Source of the DNA: Licmophora abbreviata
Lineage: Eukaryota
Direction of reading: 5' to 3'
DNA: 50,369 bases
Assembly (NCBI GenBank): GCA_900291995.1
Contig: OLMU01000154.1
Span: 1-50,369 of the forward strand
The notes under the pieces were generated by a model that worked only from the letters and a program-made list of their open reading frames with translations, did not search any database and had not been told where the DNA came from. Made by a program: the position numbers and the translations under genes. Shown here one piece after another: positions 1-10,548 of this stretch; the first letter of the stretch is position 1, and every line of letters begins with the position of its first letter.

Positions 1-120
1 GAAAACAAGTAAGTACAGCGCGATGACGAATGACGACGCGCACGGCAAAAAGAAAAATGATGCGATGAGATGCATCACATCACACATCATTTCACATCGA
101 ACATGCTCTTGTTTTCCAAG

Positions 121-688
121 CCGTTTTGATGCGGTATCAAATCTTCCAAGGTGCAGAAGCATGAAGGATGTCAAAGTGTCATCAGTAATGGAGCCTATTC
201 CGGCGGCGTCAGCGCGATCCTCGGCTCGATTGGCAGGGAAACGAAGACGCCTCGAAGACTTGGCCAAAAAGTCTTCTTCAGCGGCGCACCATCGTCCTCG
301 TCCCGGAGGCACTTCGTCGCAACAAGATTGTGGAATTCTTCCAAGCGAATGATATCGAATTGCGGCTAGCGTTACGCCTTCGGTGCCTTGGGGGTTTGTT
401 TGTGGTTACCCCACAGAAAAGGGTGATCTCTATGGCGGCGGTCACTACCATGAGGCGGCCTCCTCCAAGATGACACCTCAAGGAAAAGCCATCAAGGAAG
501 CAGCGGTGAAGTTCGGGGACGGAGAGACATTGCCGTTTACTCCATGCAAGAAAGGGTACAAACCAATCAGCAATGGAGCTCGCATGTACGCGTGTCCTCT
601 GCACAACGAAAGCCGACGGAAGCGATTCGAAAAGGAGGCAGGTCGTTTGCGGTCAGGCGAAATCGACCTCCACTACTTTTGGGAATGA
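121..688 (+). CDS. Hypothetical protein with an interrupted frame, possibly continuing from an exon upstream of the window
   Basis: ORFs 23..352 and 383..688 are in the same frame, separated by one TGA at 350-352. There is a GTAAGT donor at 9 and a TTTTCCAAG acceptor ending at 120. The basic RSSARLAGKRRRLE stretch and the C-terminus look protein-like, but no family is recognised. Confidence 0.4.
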
Positions 689-890
689 GTAGACCTACGG
701 TGGAATGTCAGGCACATCTTTCTGCTCTTGTCGTCGTTGAATGAAGTGCTGCATGCCACCAGTGGCTTTGAATAGGCGTCCTTGAGCTACAGGCTACAGC
801 ACAGAGAAAACGACCGCCAAAGTAGAGACGTATGATACTTTCCGTTCCAGATCGAAGCATGTACGAATAAGATAGACCGCCCAGCCTCCT

Positions 891-2528
891 CTATTTAGCT
901 TTCTTATCGTCTGGGACATAGGCGCACGCATCGCAGTCGGATGGAGCGGTAGTAAGGTCGTGAAACTTTGTAAAGTCAACATAGCAAGCCGGTCGTACAA
1001 CACGATCGCGATCACAGTTTCGCTCTCGGAACCAGGTTCGCATGTTCCCGTAGTCGTCACTGTCGTCGCTGGTGTCAGCAGTATTCTCAGTTGGCAGCAC
1101 GCATTGCACGAACGTCTGGTCCCATGCTATGTCTTCTACACGATATGAATGTCTGCTCTGTAGAGCCGATCCCGTCAACTCATCCGAACCTTCCAACAAT
1201 ACCACAATCTCCGCCTCTCGGTCCAGAAGATATCTCCACAAATCCTCTCCGTTTCTGCGTGAATGGTGCGTATGACCTTGAGCATCATACCACACGGATC
1301 GCGAGGGACACAGTGGTGAGCTTTCATCCAGTCGATGGACAATCATCTGTGGCAGACCCATCAGAATTTGCGATCCGACCGTCTCATCGGGGTGGAGCAG
1401 TCGCATCTGCCGAGTCAAAAAGTGTGTCGTCTCAATATTCTGCGCGGCAACGCTGTCACTCGATGACGTTTGAACAGTGGTGGGAATTCGTTCGTGGATC
1501 AAGCAGTACACTCGCACCGTCGCTTCAATGAGATGATGTCGCCTCAGCTCGCCCACCCGGAACATGAGATATGGTACGCCACGAACACGCCGAATTACAG
1601 CCTTGTTGGAAAAGACAATCGTTTTACCACGCTTTTGTCCGCGTGAGATTCTCTGAAACAACAAACCAATCGCAATGGCACTAAAGGAAATGGAAGTGCA
1701 TGATTGCCAAAGTACCAACAGCAGCGGAGTCCAGCAGTCTCCAAAATAATAGTCGGAAACACCATATCCAATCGTAGTCATGGTCGAGAGGCTAAAGTAC
1801 AGTGCCTCCATGTGGTTGGCAATGTCCATACCGCAGAATGAATGCGTCGTAATGGTACCGTCGTCCGGGTTGGTGGTAATCCTCTCTCCCAGAAGCGATA
1901 CCCCCAAGTAAACAAAGGCAAAGAAGAATACACAGGCGGTGTAGAGGAGAAATATAATCCCCATGAGTACCATAGTTGGTTGGTAGGCAAGCGAGTGAAA
2001 CCAGTCATCGTATATTCGACGAACTCGTCGCCCGTGATATAGGCGTACACCTCGTGCTCGTCGTTGTACCTGCCAGTGGCCTCGCGATTGATGAAAGTTG
2101 GCGTCGCGATCCAATACTCGATGCGCATGAGACATAGCGTCTATTTCGCCATCGTTTTCCAGAGGAGCTCTTCTTGGAAGATCACCGAAAGGCGGGAGGG
2201 GCGAGTCGGAAGCTTGTGGTCTCGATGCCAGAAACCCGTCAGTGATGGATATCCTCGATGATGCAAATTCAGGCGGTGGCTCCGGCGTCGAGACGCGACT
2301 TGCATGCGCTGTGGCAAAATCAAACTCTTCCGACGTACTCTGCGACTCGGGTTCCTGCTTGGTGTTAGTTTGATTCGTGACGCTTGTCTGCTGCGGGGGC
2401 GCCGGTCGACTGGAAAGCATTTGAGACTCGTGAAGCGACTGACCCAAAGCTAACAGCGGTTCTCGTAACGAAGACATTTCATCCGGTACTAATATGGTTT
2501 GAGTCTCGTCTCTGCTGCTATTTGGCAT
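891..2528 (-). CDS. Inward-rectifier potassium channel (Kir family)
   Basis: Two hydrophobic helices flank the pore ALYFSLSTMTTIGYG. The cytoplasmic domain has Kir motifs (TIVFSNKAVI, YLMFRVG, MIVHRLDESSPL, EIVVLLEG, QSRHSY, FTKFH). First ATG at 2528; single exon. Confidence 0.92.
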   Translation of the reverse strand: MPNSSRDETQTILVPDEMSSLREPLLALGQSLHESQMLSSRPAPPQQTSVTNQTNTKQEPESQSTSEEFDFATAHASRVSTPEPPPEFASSRISITDGFLASRPQASDSPLPPFGDLPRRAPLENDGEIDAMSHAHRVLDRDANFHQSRGHWQVQRRARGVRLYHGRRVRRIYDDWFHSLAYQPTMVLMGIIFLLYTACVFFFAFVYLGVSLLGERITTNPDDGTITTHSFCGMDIANHMEALYFSLSTMTTIGYGVSDYYFGDCWTPLLLVLWQSCTSISFSAIAIGLLFQRISRGQKRGKTIVFSNKAVIRRVRGVPYLMFRVGELRRHHLIEATVRVYCLIHERIPTTVQTSSSDSVAAQNIETTHFLTRQMRLLHPDETVGSQILMGLPQMIVHRLDESSPLCPSRSVWYDAQGHTHHSRRNGEDLWRYLLDREAEIVVLLEGSDELTGSALQSRHSYRVEDIAWDQTFVQCVLPTENTADTSDDSDDYGNMRTWFRERNCDRDRVVRPACYVDFTKFHDLTTAPSDCDACAYVPDDKKAK

Positions 2529-2906
2529 GACGATCGGACTTTGAATTGGAAGAGTAGGAAGTCGCAGTCGAGAAAAGTTGTTCACACGCCCGTTGGAAGA
2601 CCATCATTGTCATCGTCAATTCATTCTCAATTCGGACCAGAAGAGTCAATGACATTTTGAGATGTCTGATCCATAATCACAGAATGTCAACCAACGCATT
2701 TCTGTACTTAAATCAGACCTCGGACCTCGCCGTGTCCACTTCGGTTTTGTTTGGAACTTTTTCATCACGCCGACACAAAACCATCACACAGAGTCATGAT
2801 GAAGGCGGTGACGAAGCGGCGCTTCAAAAGCAAGCAACGGAGGTGATGTAAGTCAGTCATATCCTTGGGCACCCCAGAAGAATTCACAATAGTTTAGGAA
2901 AGTGAG

Positions 2907-3908
2907 ATGGGAGAGACTGATGGAGAAGCGGCGACAGGAGAAGCTGTTGGCTCGTACGTCGAATTGGCAAGTCAGCATGGCAGCGTAGCGTCGTCTTCCC
3001 TCGTCCATGACGACGATGAGAATGATCATGGCGGTCCTGAGGAGGAGGAAATGGAGGCGCCACTTCTGTTGGATACAGAAAATCAAGAGTCATCAAGTTT
3101 GTCAGAATCAGATGGGATGCGACCCTGGATGGTCATCTCGTCGAATGCATCTTTCTTCCTTGGTAGCATCCTCTACCTGATACTTTCCGTTCGGAACTTC
3201 GGGTACTATGATTCCTCATCTTACTCTGACGACTCCACAGATGATACCGATGACTCTTCAGATGATGATGGCATCGACAGTCTTGATTTGTTTCTCTCGT
3301 GCGCAGCTGCATTCATGTACGTTGCCAATAGTGGCTTTGATTTTCGCATGTCATCCTTCGAGCTCGACACAGGCGTGTCACTGAGACGCTTTCGTGGAGA
3401 CAACCCATACTGGGAAATTGGTGTCGCTGTAACCTTTGGATCTGCAGCCATGTGTGATTTGATTGGTGCTTTGACAGAAAACAGCGACAATCCCTATGTG
3501 GCGTATACGGCATCATCACTCGCCGTCCACATTTACTTGGTCAACGCTCTCTTGGTTGTGACGGGACGACAACCCACTTTTCATGAACGGCCCGAGGCGT
3601 TCATGAGTGCAGGTGATATACTTTTTGTCATTGGATCTGTCATTGATGTTGTAATCTCCTACTTTGAAAGCCCCGAGACGTCTGAATCAACGTGGGAGGC
3701 GCTGGCTGTATGCGACATTATCTCATCGGCTCTGTGGTTTGTCGATGCGGTCCTCTACATTTTGGCCGATGTCTTGCCGAGGAGTAGCGGAATAATGCGA
3801 GCGGAGATTGTTGATGGGAGCAATGTACAAGATGTGATGGTGTCAGCGGCAGAAAGCGATGCCAGCAGTGGTATCAGCGCATGCGAAATTGAAACCGAAA
3901 GAGTATAA
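2907..3908 (+). CDS. Multi-pass membrane protein of unknown function (possibly YrhK-like repeats)
   Basis: 333-aa ORF with an acidic N-terminus and about 6 hydrophobic segments, including the similar motifs SFFLGSILYL and ILFVIGSVIDV. Confidence 0.7.
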   Translation: MGETDGEAATGEAVGSYVELASQHGSVASSSLVHDDDENDHGGPEEEEMEAPLLLDTENQESSSLSESDGMRPWMVISSNASFFLGSILYLILSVRNFGYYDSSSYSDDSTDDTDDSSDDDGIDSLDLFLSCAAAFMYVANSGFDFRMSSFELDTGVSLRRFRGDNPYWEIGVAVTFGSAAMCDLIGALTENSDNPYVAYTASSLAVHIYLVNALLVVTGRQPTFHERPEAFMSAGDILFVIGSVIDVVISYFESPETSESTWEALAVCDIISSALWFVDAVLYILADVLPRSSGIMRAEIVDGSNVQDVMVSAAESDASSGISACEIETERV

Positions 3909-3937
3909 AGGACGAGCATTGTAAACTACTATAGATT

Positions 3938-6193
3938 TTACCATATATCTACTCGAGTCTCAGCTGGTCTGTACATTGGCGAGTCATTTGGAATATTGAA
4001 GGACTCCAAGAACTCGGGAATGTTGGAGAGAGGGCCGTTGCAGCGCATTTCGTTCGGACCGTGAGGATCGAGAGTCAGCAGCTGCAGCGCCCGTTCCTTG
4101 GTCACGTTTTGTCGCCAGCACTGCGCCCAACCCAAGAAGAATCTTTGAGTTGGCGTGAATCCATCCACCAGTGGAGACGACTCAAATTCCTTTTGAGATT
4201 TGAGGGCACGATACGCAAGGCGCAAGCCCCCAAGGTCAGCGATGTTCTCACCGCAAGTCAACTTTCCTTGCACCGACTGACCGAAGACCTCGAAAGAGTT
4301 GGCCTGTTCTACCATTACCTCCACGCGGCGTTCGTATTCCTTGGCGTCACCCTCCGTCCACCAGTCGATCATATTTCCGTCGGCGTTGAACTTGCGTCCC
4401 TTGTCATCAAAGCCGTGAGTCATTTCGTGTCCCACAACTGCACCCATTGCCCCATAGTTAACGGCATCATCGGCTTCGTGGTCAAAGAACGGCGGTTGAA
4501 GAATGGCAGCCGGGAAGACAATCTCGTTGAGACTGGGGTGATAGTAAGCATTGACCGTTTGAGGTGTCATAAACTACGAAGAGAGCAAAAATGAGCGCGA
4601 AGGGTTAGGATCGGTCACAGCCGACATCTGACAGCTCGAAACATCGATACCCACCCACTTCTCGCGGTCTGTCGGAGCATTCATTTCCCTTGTGTCGCGC
4701 TTGTGATCAAAGGCACGAGCCTTGAAAACCATGGCAAGAAATGCCTCGCCGTGTTGGATGTCTAGGGTCGTGTAGTCGACCCATTTGTCCGGATAGCTGT
4801 GGTGCAACGAAGAAACCGTAACATTGAAAGGTTGGCGCAATTCTTACTTGCGCAACAGAGGACAACAGTTCGAAACTCACCCGATCTTAATTCGAAAGCG
4901 AGACATCTTCTTGAGACCAGCTTCGCGAGTCGCGTCAGATGTCATCCAGTCGACCTCCTTAAGTCTTTCCTCCAGTGACTTGCGCACATTCTCCACAATA
5001 CTAAGCGCGCGTCCCTTGAACGACTCATCAAAGTACCTGGCGCAATATAGTTTTCCCAACGCCTCTCCTAGAGCTGATTCCGTAAATGCCATGGCGCGTT
5101 TCCAACGGGGCTTGATCTCATCTGTCCCGGATAGGATGCGCTCGAAAAAATTAAAGCTCTCCGTTACGAACTCGCTACCCAAGTACGAGGCACAAGACTT
5201 GACACTGAACCAACGTAGATAGTTCGATAGCACCTGTGGTTTAACATTTGAGGCCACCTCCGCGACACGAGAAAGTGCCGCCGTGTTGCGTACATTGATG
5301 TCTCCTAGTTCTTCTGTCGACTTGCCGGTGGATCCTTCAAAATACGATGCGAACGCGAAGGCCCCCTTCCCGAGTTCTTCCAAGTCCGCCACGGTCATTT
5401 TGTTGTAGGTCTCTTCGGGATCACGGCATTCCGTCTTGGTCATGTGAGCCTCAGCCAGTTTCAGCTCCAAGCCATACACCAATTCTGCCGCTTCCGAAGC
5501 TTCCTCGGCCTGTTCTTCGGTGGCAGGGTCTTGCAAGAGAGTGAGCATCTTGGCGACATGCTTCTTGTAGGCGAGGCGTTTATCTTCCTTGTCTTCATCG
5601 AAATAGTAGTCACGGTCCGGGAGTCCAAGTCCGCCCTGACTGACCTGTGCCACGGAGTGATCCGAATTCTTGTTGTCTGGACCTGCGCCGATGCGAAAGA
5701 ACGGGTCGACACCGAAGGTCGCACTCAGTTCTCCGAGAAGTTTGGCGTACTGCTTTTGATCTTTCTGGCTTGCCTCCACAATAGAGGCGCACGCGTCCAA
5801 TAACGGTTGCATAGGACCCAAACCAGCCTTTTCAATCGCGTCTTCGTCCAAGGCGGCGGCGTAGAAACTAGCAACCTTGGTCTCGTCGGCAGTAAGGTCC
5901 TCCTTGACTTCCAGGTCGGCCAGCAGCTCCTTCAGATTCTCTTGCGATTTGACGTGAAGGGTCAGAAACGTATTCCAAGAGGGATATCCACTGGGGATGG
6001 GATTCTTTTTCATCCAGTTTCCGTTGGCGTACAAGAAGAAATTGTCCGCCGGTGCAATATCGAAATCCATGTTGGATCGCGACATGCCACGGCCTCGAGG
6101 GGTCGTTTCTTCGCATGTTTCGCACAGTTTTGCAAAGAAATCTCCCGTGGCGCTTGCCCAAGGATTTGCGCAGCAAGGACACTTGGTAGACAT
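3938..6193 (-). CDS. M13 family zinc metallopeptidase (neprilysin/ECE/PepO-like), 3 exons
   Basis: Motifs DNFFLYANG, GLPDRDYY, KIGYPD, VNAYY, HEMTH, GENIADLGG and DPHGP. Exons 6193-4881, 4796-4655 and 4573-3938; the GT-AG introns restore KIG|YPDKW and KW|FMTPQ. Confidence 0.95.
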
Positions 6194-6596
6194 AGTGGAG
6201 TGGTCAGTCAAAGGGTGATTGCTCGTGGTGCAGTCGACTGTGGGCTTCACGGCGCTGTAGATATATTTCCGAATCGCGACGCGACGACGAGAGCGTGACT
6301 AGGAGCGTGACGAATGTGTTGAATGAATCAATGCATCAACCAAGTAATAAATATAGAAAAAGACATAGATGAGAGCGTGCTCCTCCGAGCGCTTCTGTTG
6401 TGATTAACTTTATTTATTCATTTCAATTCGAAATTGTGGGAACAGCCGAACCCCAAATCCCATCAATCGAGTTTCAAATTGACCACAGTCCGGCAAAACT
6501 GTCAATGATCCTGACGACGACGACCTCACATCCATCCATCCATTCAAACCTCACAACTCCCTAATACAGACACGGCCGCGCCGCTAGAGTAAAGCT

Positions 6597-9500
6597 ATGT
6601 TGCGGAGAGCTGCAAGAACAACGCACGTTGCCGCTGTGGCATCTCAGAGGAAGCTTCCCCATCCAGTTATTGACTCGTCTCGTTTGTCAAGGCATGGCCC
6701 TAACTTTCTACCTAACTTACTTCGCTCCTCGACGGCACAGCATGTTAAATTTGCTGGTACTCTGTCCACGCCTCAGTATTTTGACAACCACCAGCTGTCT
6801 TTCAGTCCATCAAGTACGAAAGCTGCTGAATTTCAGCAAAGATTCTACAGTAAAACTCAAAAAATTGGAAAGTCAAGCCCCGCATTGTCGGATATGGAAC
6901 CGGAGGAGGCCGAGCCATCCACCACCAGCAAGAGCGTGGAAGAGCAGTACAGTCGCAAGACTCCACTGGAACATGTATTGCTACGACCAGGAATGTACGT
7001 CGGTCCCGTAGAGAGACTGCCGCCCAACCAGTGCTGGGTATTGGAACCGACGCCGGATGGCAAAAACCATGTCGAACGGCCGACGCGCATGGTGCGACAC
7101 GAGTATGGCTTGATTCCAGCTCTCATCAAGATTTTCGACGAGATCTTGGTCAACGCCTCTGACAATCGCTTGCGACATCCGAAGAGTTGTACGAAAATTG
7201 ACGTGGTTCTTGATCCTGGCAACGAAGAGGAAGGACGTGCGCCGTTCATCAGTGTATTGAACGACGGAACAGGTATTCCTGTACAGGTGCACCGGGAGGA
7301 AGGTATGTACGTGCCCGAGATGCTGTTCGGACACTTGTTAACAGGATCAAATTTTGACGACAGTGAAAAACGAGTGACGGGTGGTAGGCATGGCTACGGG
7401 GCAAAGCTATCCAACATCTTTTCCAAGTCCTTCACGGTGGAAACGCTCGATTCACGGAATGGAAAGTCATACAGACAAACGTGGAGCAACAACATGACAG
7501 AGTCGTCGGAGCCCATAATAGAAGACGCAACGCGGGACTCGACAGATTATACGCAAGTTTCATTTGTTCCGGACATGGCACGGCTAAGTGGTGACCCGAC
7601 AGCTGCGGTCATTCAACACGAGGACTATGCTGTCATGTGTCGGCGCGTTGTCGATGTTGCGGGCTGCGCAGCTGGGCATCTTCAGGTCACTCTTAACGGG
7701 ATTGATGTATCAATGAACTCGTTTGAAGACTATAGCAGGCTATATCGGAACCCTGAGTCACCGCCCTTGTGCTTCCACCGCATCAGTCCCCGATGGGAGG
7801 TCGGAGTCGGTCTTTCAGACGGCGGTTCTTTCGATTCCGTGTCTTTCGTTAATGGGATGGCGACAAGTCGCGGCGGAACACATGTCAATGCAGTCGTCCA
7901 ACAGATCACCAAGGCAATTGCTGATCGTGTTGCCAAGCTTCATCCAGATTTGCGGGAGATGATGACGCAGGGACTCATTCGCCGTAATATTTTTGTTTCA
8001 TGCAACTGCTTGATTGAGAACCCTACATTTGATTCCCAGATGAAAGAGTCCCTTACTTCGAATCCAAGCAGCTTCGGAAGCAAGTTCAAGCTTCCGAAAA
8101 GGTATCTCGACGATCTCATTGCTGATGAGGAAGATGGTGGGCCAGGAATTGTCGAAGAGGTGGTTCGAATAGCTCGTGGTCGTTTGCAAGCAAACTTGAT
8201 GAAAGAGGTAGGGGGCGGAAAGAGGACTAGACGACAGCTCTTGTCCATTCCCAAGCTTGAGGACGCGCATCTAGCGGGCTCAGATGACGGCTCAAAATGC
8301 ACATTGATCCTAACGGAAGGAGATTCTGCGAAGGCACTGGCTGTCGCAGGCCTAGAGGTGATTGGTCGAGAGAAGTTCGGTGTGTTTCCGCTTCGCGGCA
8401 AGTTCCTGAATGTGAGACATGCTACTATCTTGCAATTGACGAACAATGCCGAAGTCAAGGCAATGTGTTCGATTTTAGGGTTGGACTTCGACAAGGAGTA
8501 TGACACTCATGCTGAACGTGCAGAGCTTCGGTACGGCCATATCATGCTCATGACAGATCAAGATACGGACGGTTCTCACATCAAGGGTCTCGTCATGAAC
8601 TTTTTTCGTCACTTTTGGCCAAAACTCCTGAAACCTGCTGTCGACCATCCGCTCGACAAGCCTTTTCTTTCTTCTTTCGTCACTCCCTTGCTCAAGGTCA
8701 CTAGAAAAGGGAAAAAGGAGACGTTATCTTTTTACTCGATGGCCGAGTATCTCGATTGGCGAAACTCACTTTCGAATCCAGAGGATATCAAGAAGTGGAC
8801 CGTCAAGTACTACAAAGGTTTGGGTACGAGCACACCGACTGAGGCTAAGGAATATTTCTCTGCCTTCTCAAGCCACCATAGACCTTTCCATTGGAATTCG
8901 GACATCGACGGAGAGTTGCTAGACATGGTATTCGACAAGCACCGTGCTGCGGATCGACGCCATTGGATTCTTGAAGAATACGACGAGAAAGAGATGTTGA
9001 TTCCCAACGAAGACAACTCTGTATCGTACGAAGCATTCGTAAACAAGGAGATGATTCATTTCAGCAACGCAGACAACGTTCGCAGTCTACCTTCAGTGGT
9101 CGATGGACTGAAGCCGTCTCAGCGCAAAGTCCTTTACGCCTGCTTCAAACGGAAACTGCGCGCTGAGATCAAAGTTGCGCAACTCACAGGGTACTGCGCT
9201 GAGCACACAGCCTACCACCACGGTGAAGCTTCGCTGCACTCGACGAGTAAGTGATATGAGCAGCCTATGTCGTGTCGAGACTAGGGCTTATCCGCCCATC
9301 TAACGAGTTTTGCCGTGTTTTTTCACCGCAGTCATCGGCATGGCTCAAGACTTCGTGGGATCCAACAATCTCAATCTGCTTGTCCCCTCCGGTCAATTCG
9401 GGACACGCCTCACAGGAGGAAAAGATGCGGCATCACCTCGTTATATCTTCACACATCTCGCTCCCGTTACACGATTACTGTTTCCAGAAGCGGACGATTT

Positions 9501-10539
9501 GCTTTTAAATCACCGAGAGGACGATGGCCAAATGATCGAGCCCAACTTCTACTGTCCAATCCTACCGCTGCTTCTCATCAACGGGACTCAGGGCATTGGT
9601 ACTGGCTGGAGCACCTTCATTCCTCCCCACAACCCTAGAGATGTTCTCGCATTCGTACGGAGCAAGCTCGACGAGATCGGGAGTTGCGAGGAAATCTGCC
9701 CGTGGGCCAGAGGCTTTAACGGAGGCGTGCTCAAGAAGCCAGACGGCAACGGATTCTTGACGATAGGAAAAGCCACGAGGAAGTCCAAGAATACGGTGCT
9801 TGTAAGCGAACTCCCAATCGGTCGATGGACAAATGACTACAAAACAATCCTTATTAAGATGCGTGATTTGGGGCAGATCCAGTCCTTCATCGAGAATCAC
9901 ACTACAACTGAAGTATCTTTTACTGTGTCACTAAAGGCAGCTCAGCTATCACGTCTGGAAAAAGCTGGTCTGGAGAAATCCTTCAGACTCGAAGCGAACT
10001 TACCGACGACGAACATGCATGCATTCGACTCGAACCATGTGATTCAGAGATTTGAAAGCGCTGAGTCGATCGTCGAGTCGTACTTCCCGATTCGCTTATC
10101 GTTGTATCACGAACGAAAGTCCGTGCTTGAGAGCGAAATGAACCATACAACAGAACTATTGAGAAACAAGGCTCGATTTATCTCTGCTGTTACCAATGGA
10201 GAAGTCGATCTAATTCGGGGAAAGAAGACAAAGGACGAAACTGTTGCTTTTCTCCGCGATGCGGGGTTCACAAGTACTACTGAGCTCAAGTCTATCAGGA
10301 AGAAGAACGCAGTTGCTTCGCGACAAGCGCGAGGCGATGACGAAGATGGAGACGCGAACAATCTTGCTTCGGAATACGACTATTTGCTCGGCATGCCCTT
10401 ATCGTCTCTAACTGTGGACAAGATTGAAGATCTACAGCGACAAGCTACAGCGACCGAGGAGAATCTAGTGGATATTCAGAAGCAGTCTCCAGAAGACCTG
10501 TGGAGGCACGACCTAAACAAGCTTGAGCCCCTTTTGTAG
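6597..10539 (+). CDS. TOP2: DNA topoisomerase II (eukaryotic type IIA), probably organelle-targeted, 2 exons
   Basis: GHKL motifs EILVNA and GGRHGYGAK; TOPRIM motifs TEGDSA, PLRGK and DQDTDGSHI; also YYKGLGT, DGLKPSQRK, YHHGE and the catalytic SPRY. Intron 9247-9331 (GTAAGT...CAG). Confidence 0.96.
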
Positions 10540-10548
10540 AGAGATCTT

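Noticed and set aside
70..100. CATCA-type short repeats (also CATC repeats near 6530)
   Set aside because: Short, degenerate microsatellite-like sequence; not an array or element.
689..800. SECIS element downstream of the in-frame TGA gene (ATGAA...GCCACCAGTGGC...TGAA)
   Set aside because: No apical AA and no 11-12 bp upper stem; only a 5-bp hairpin is visible.
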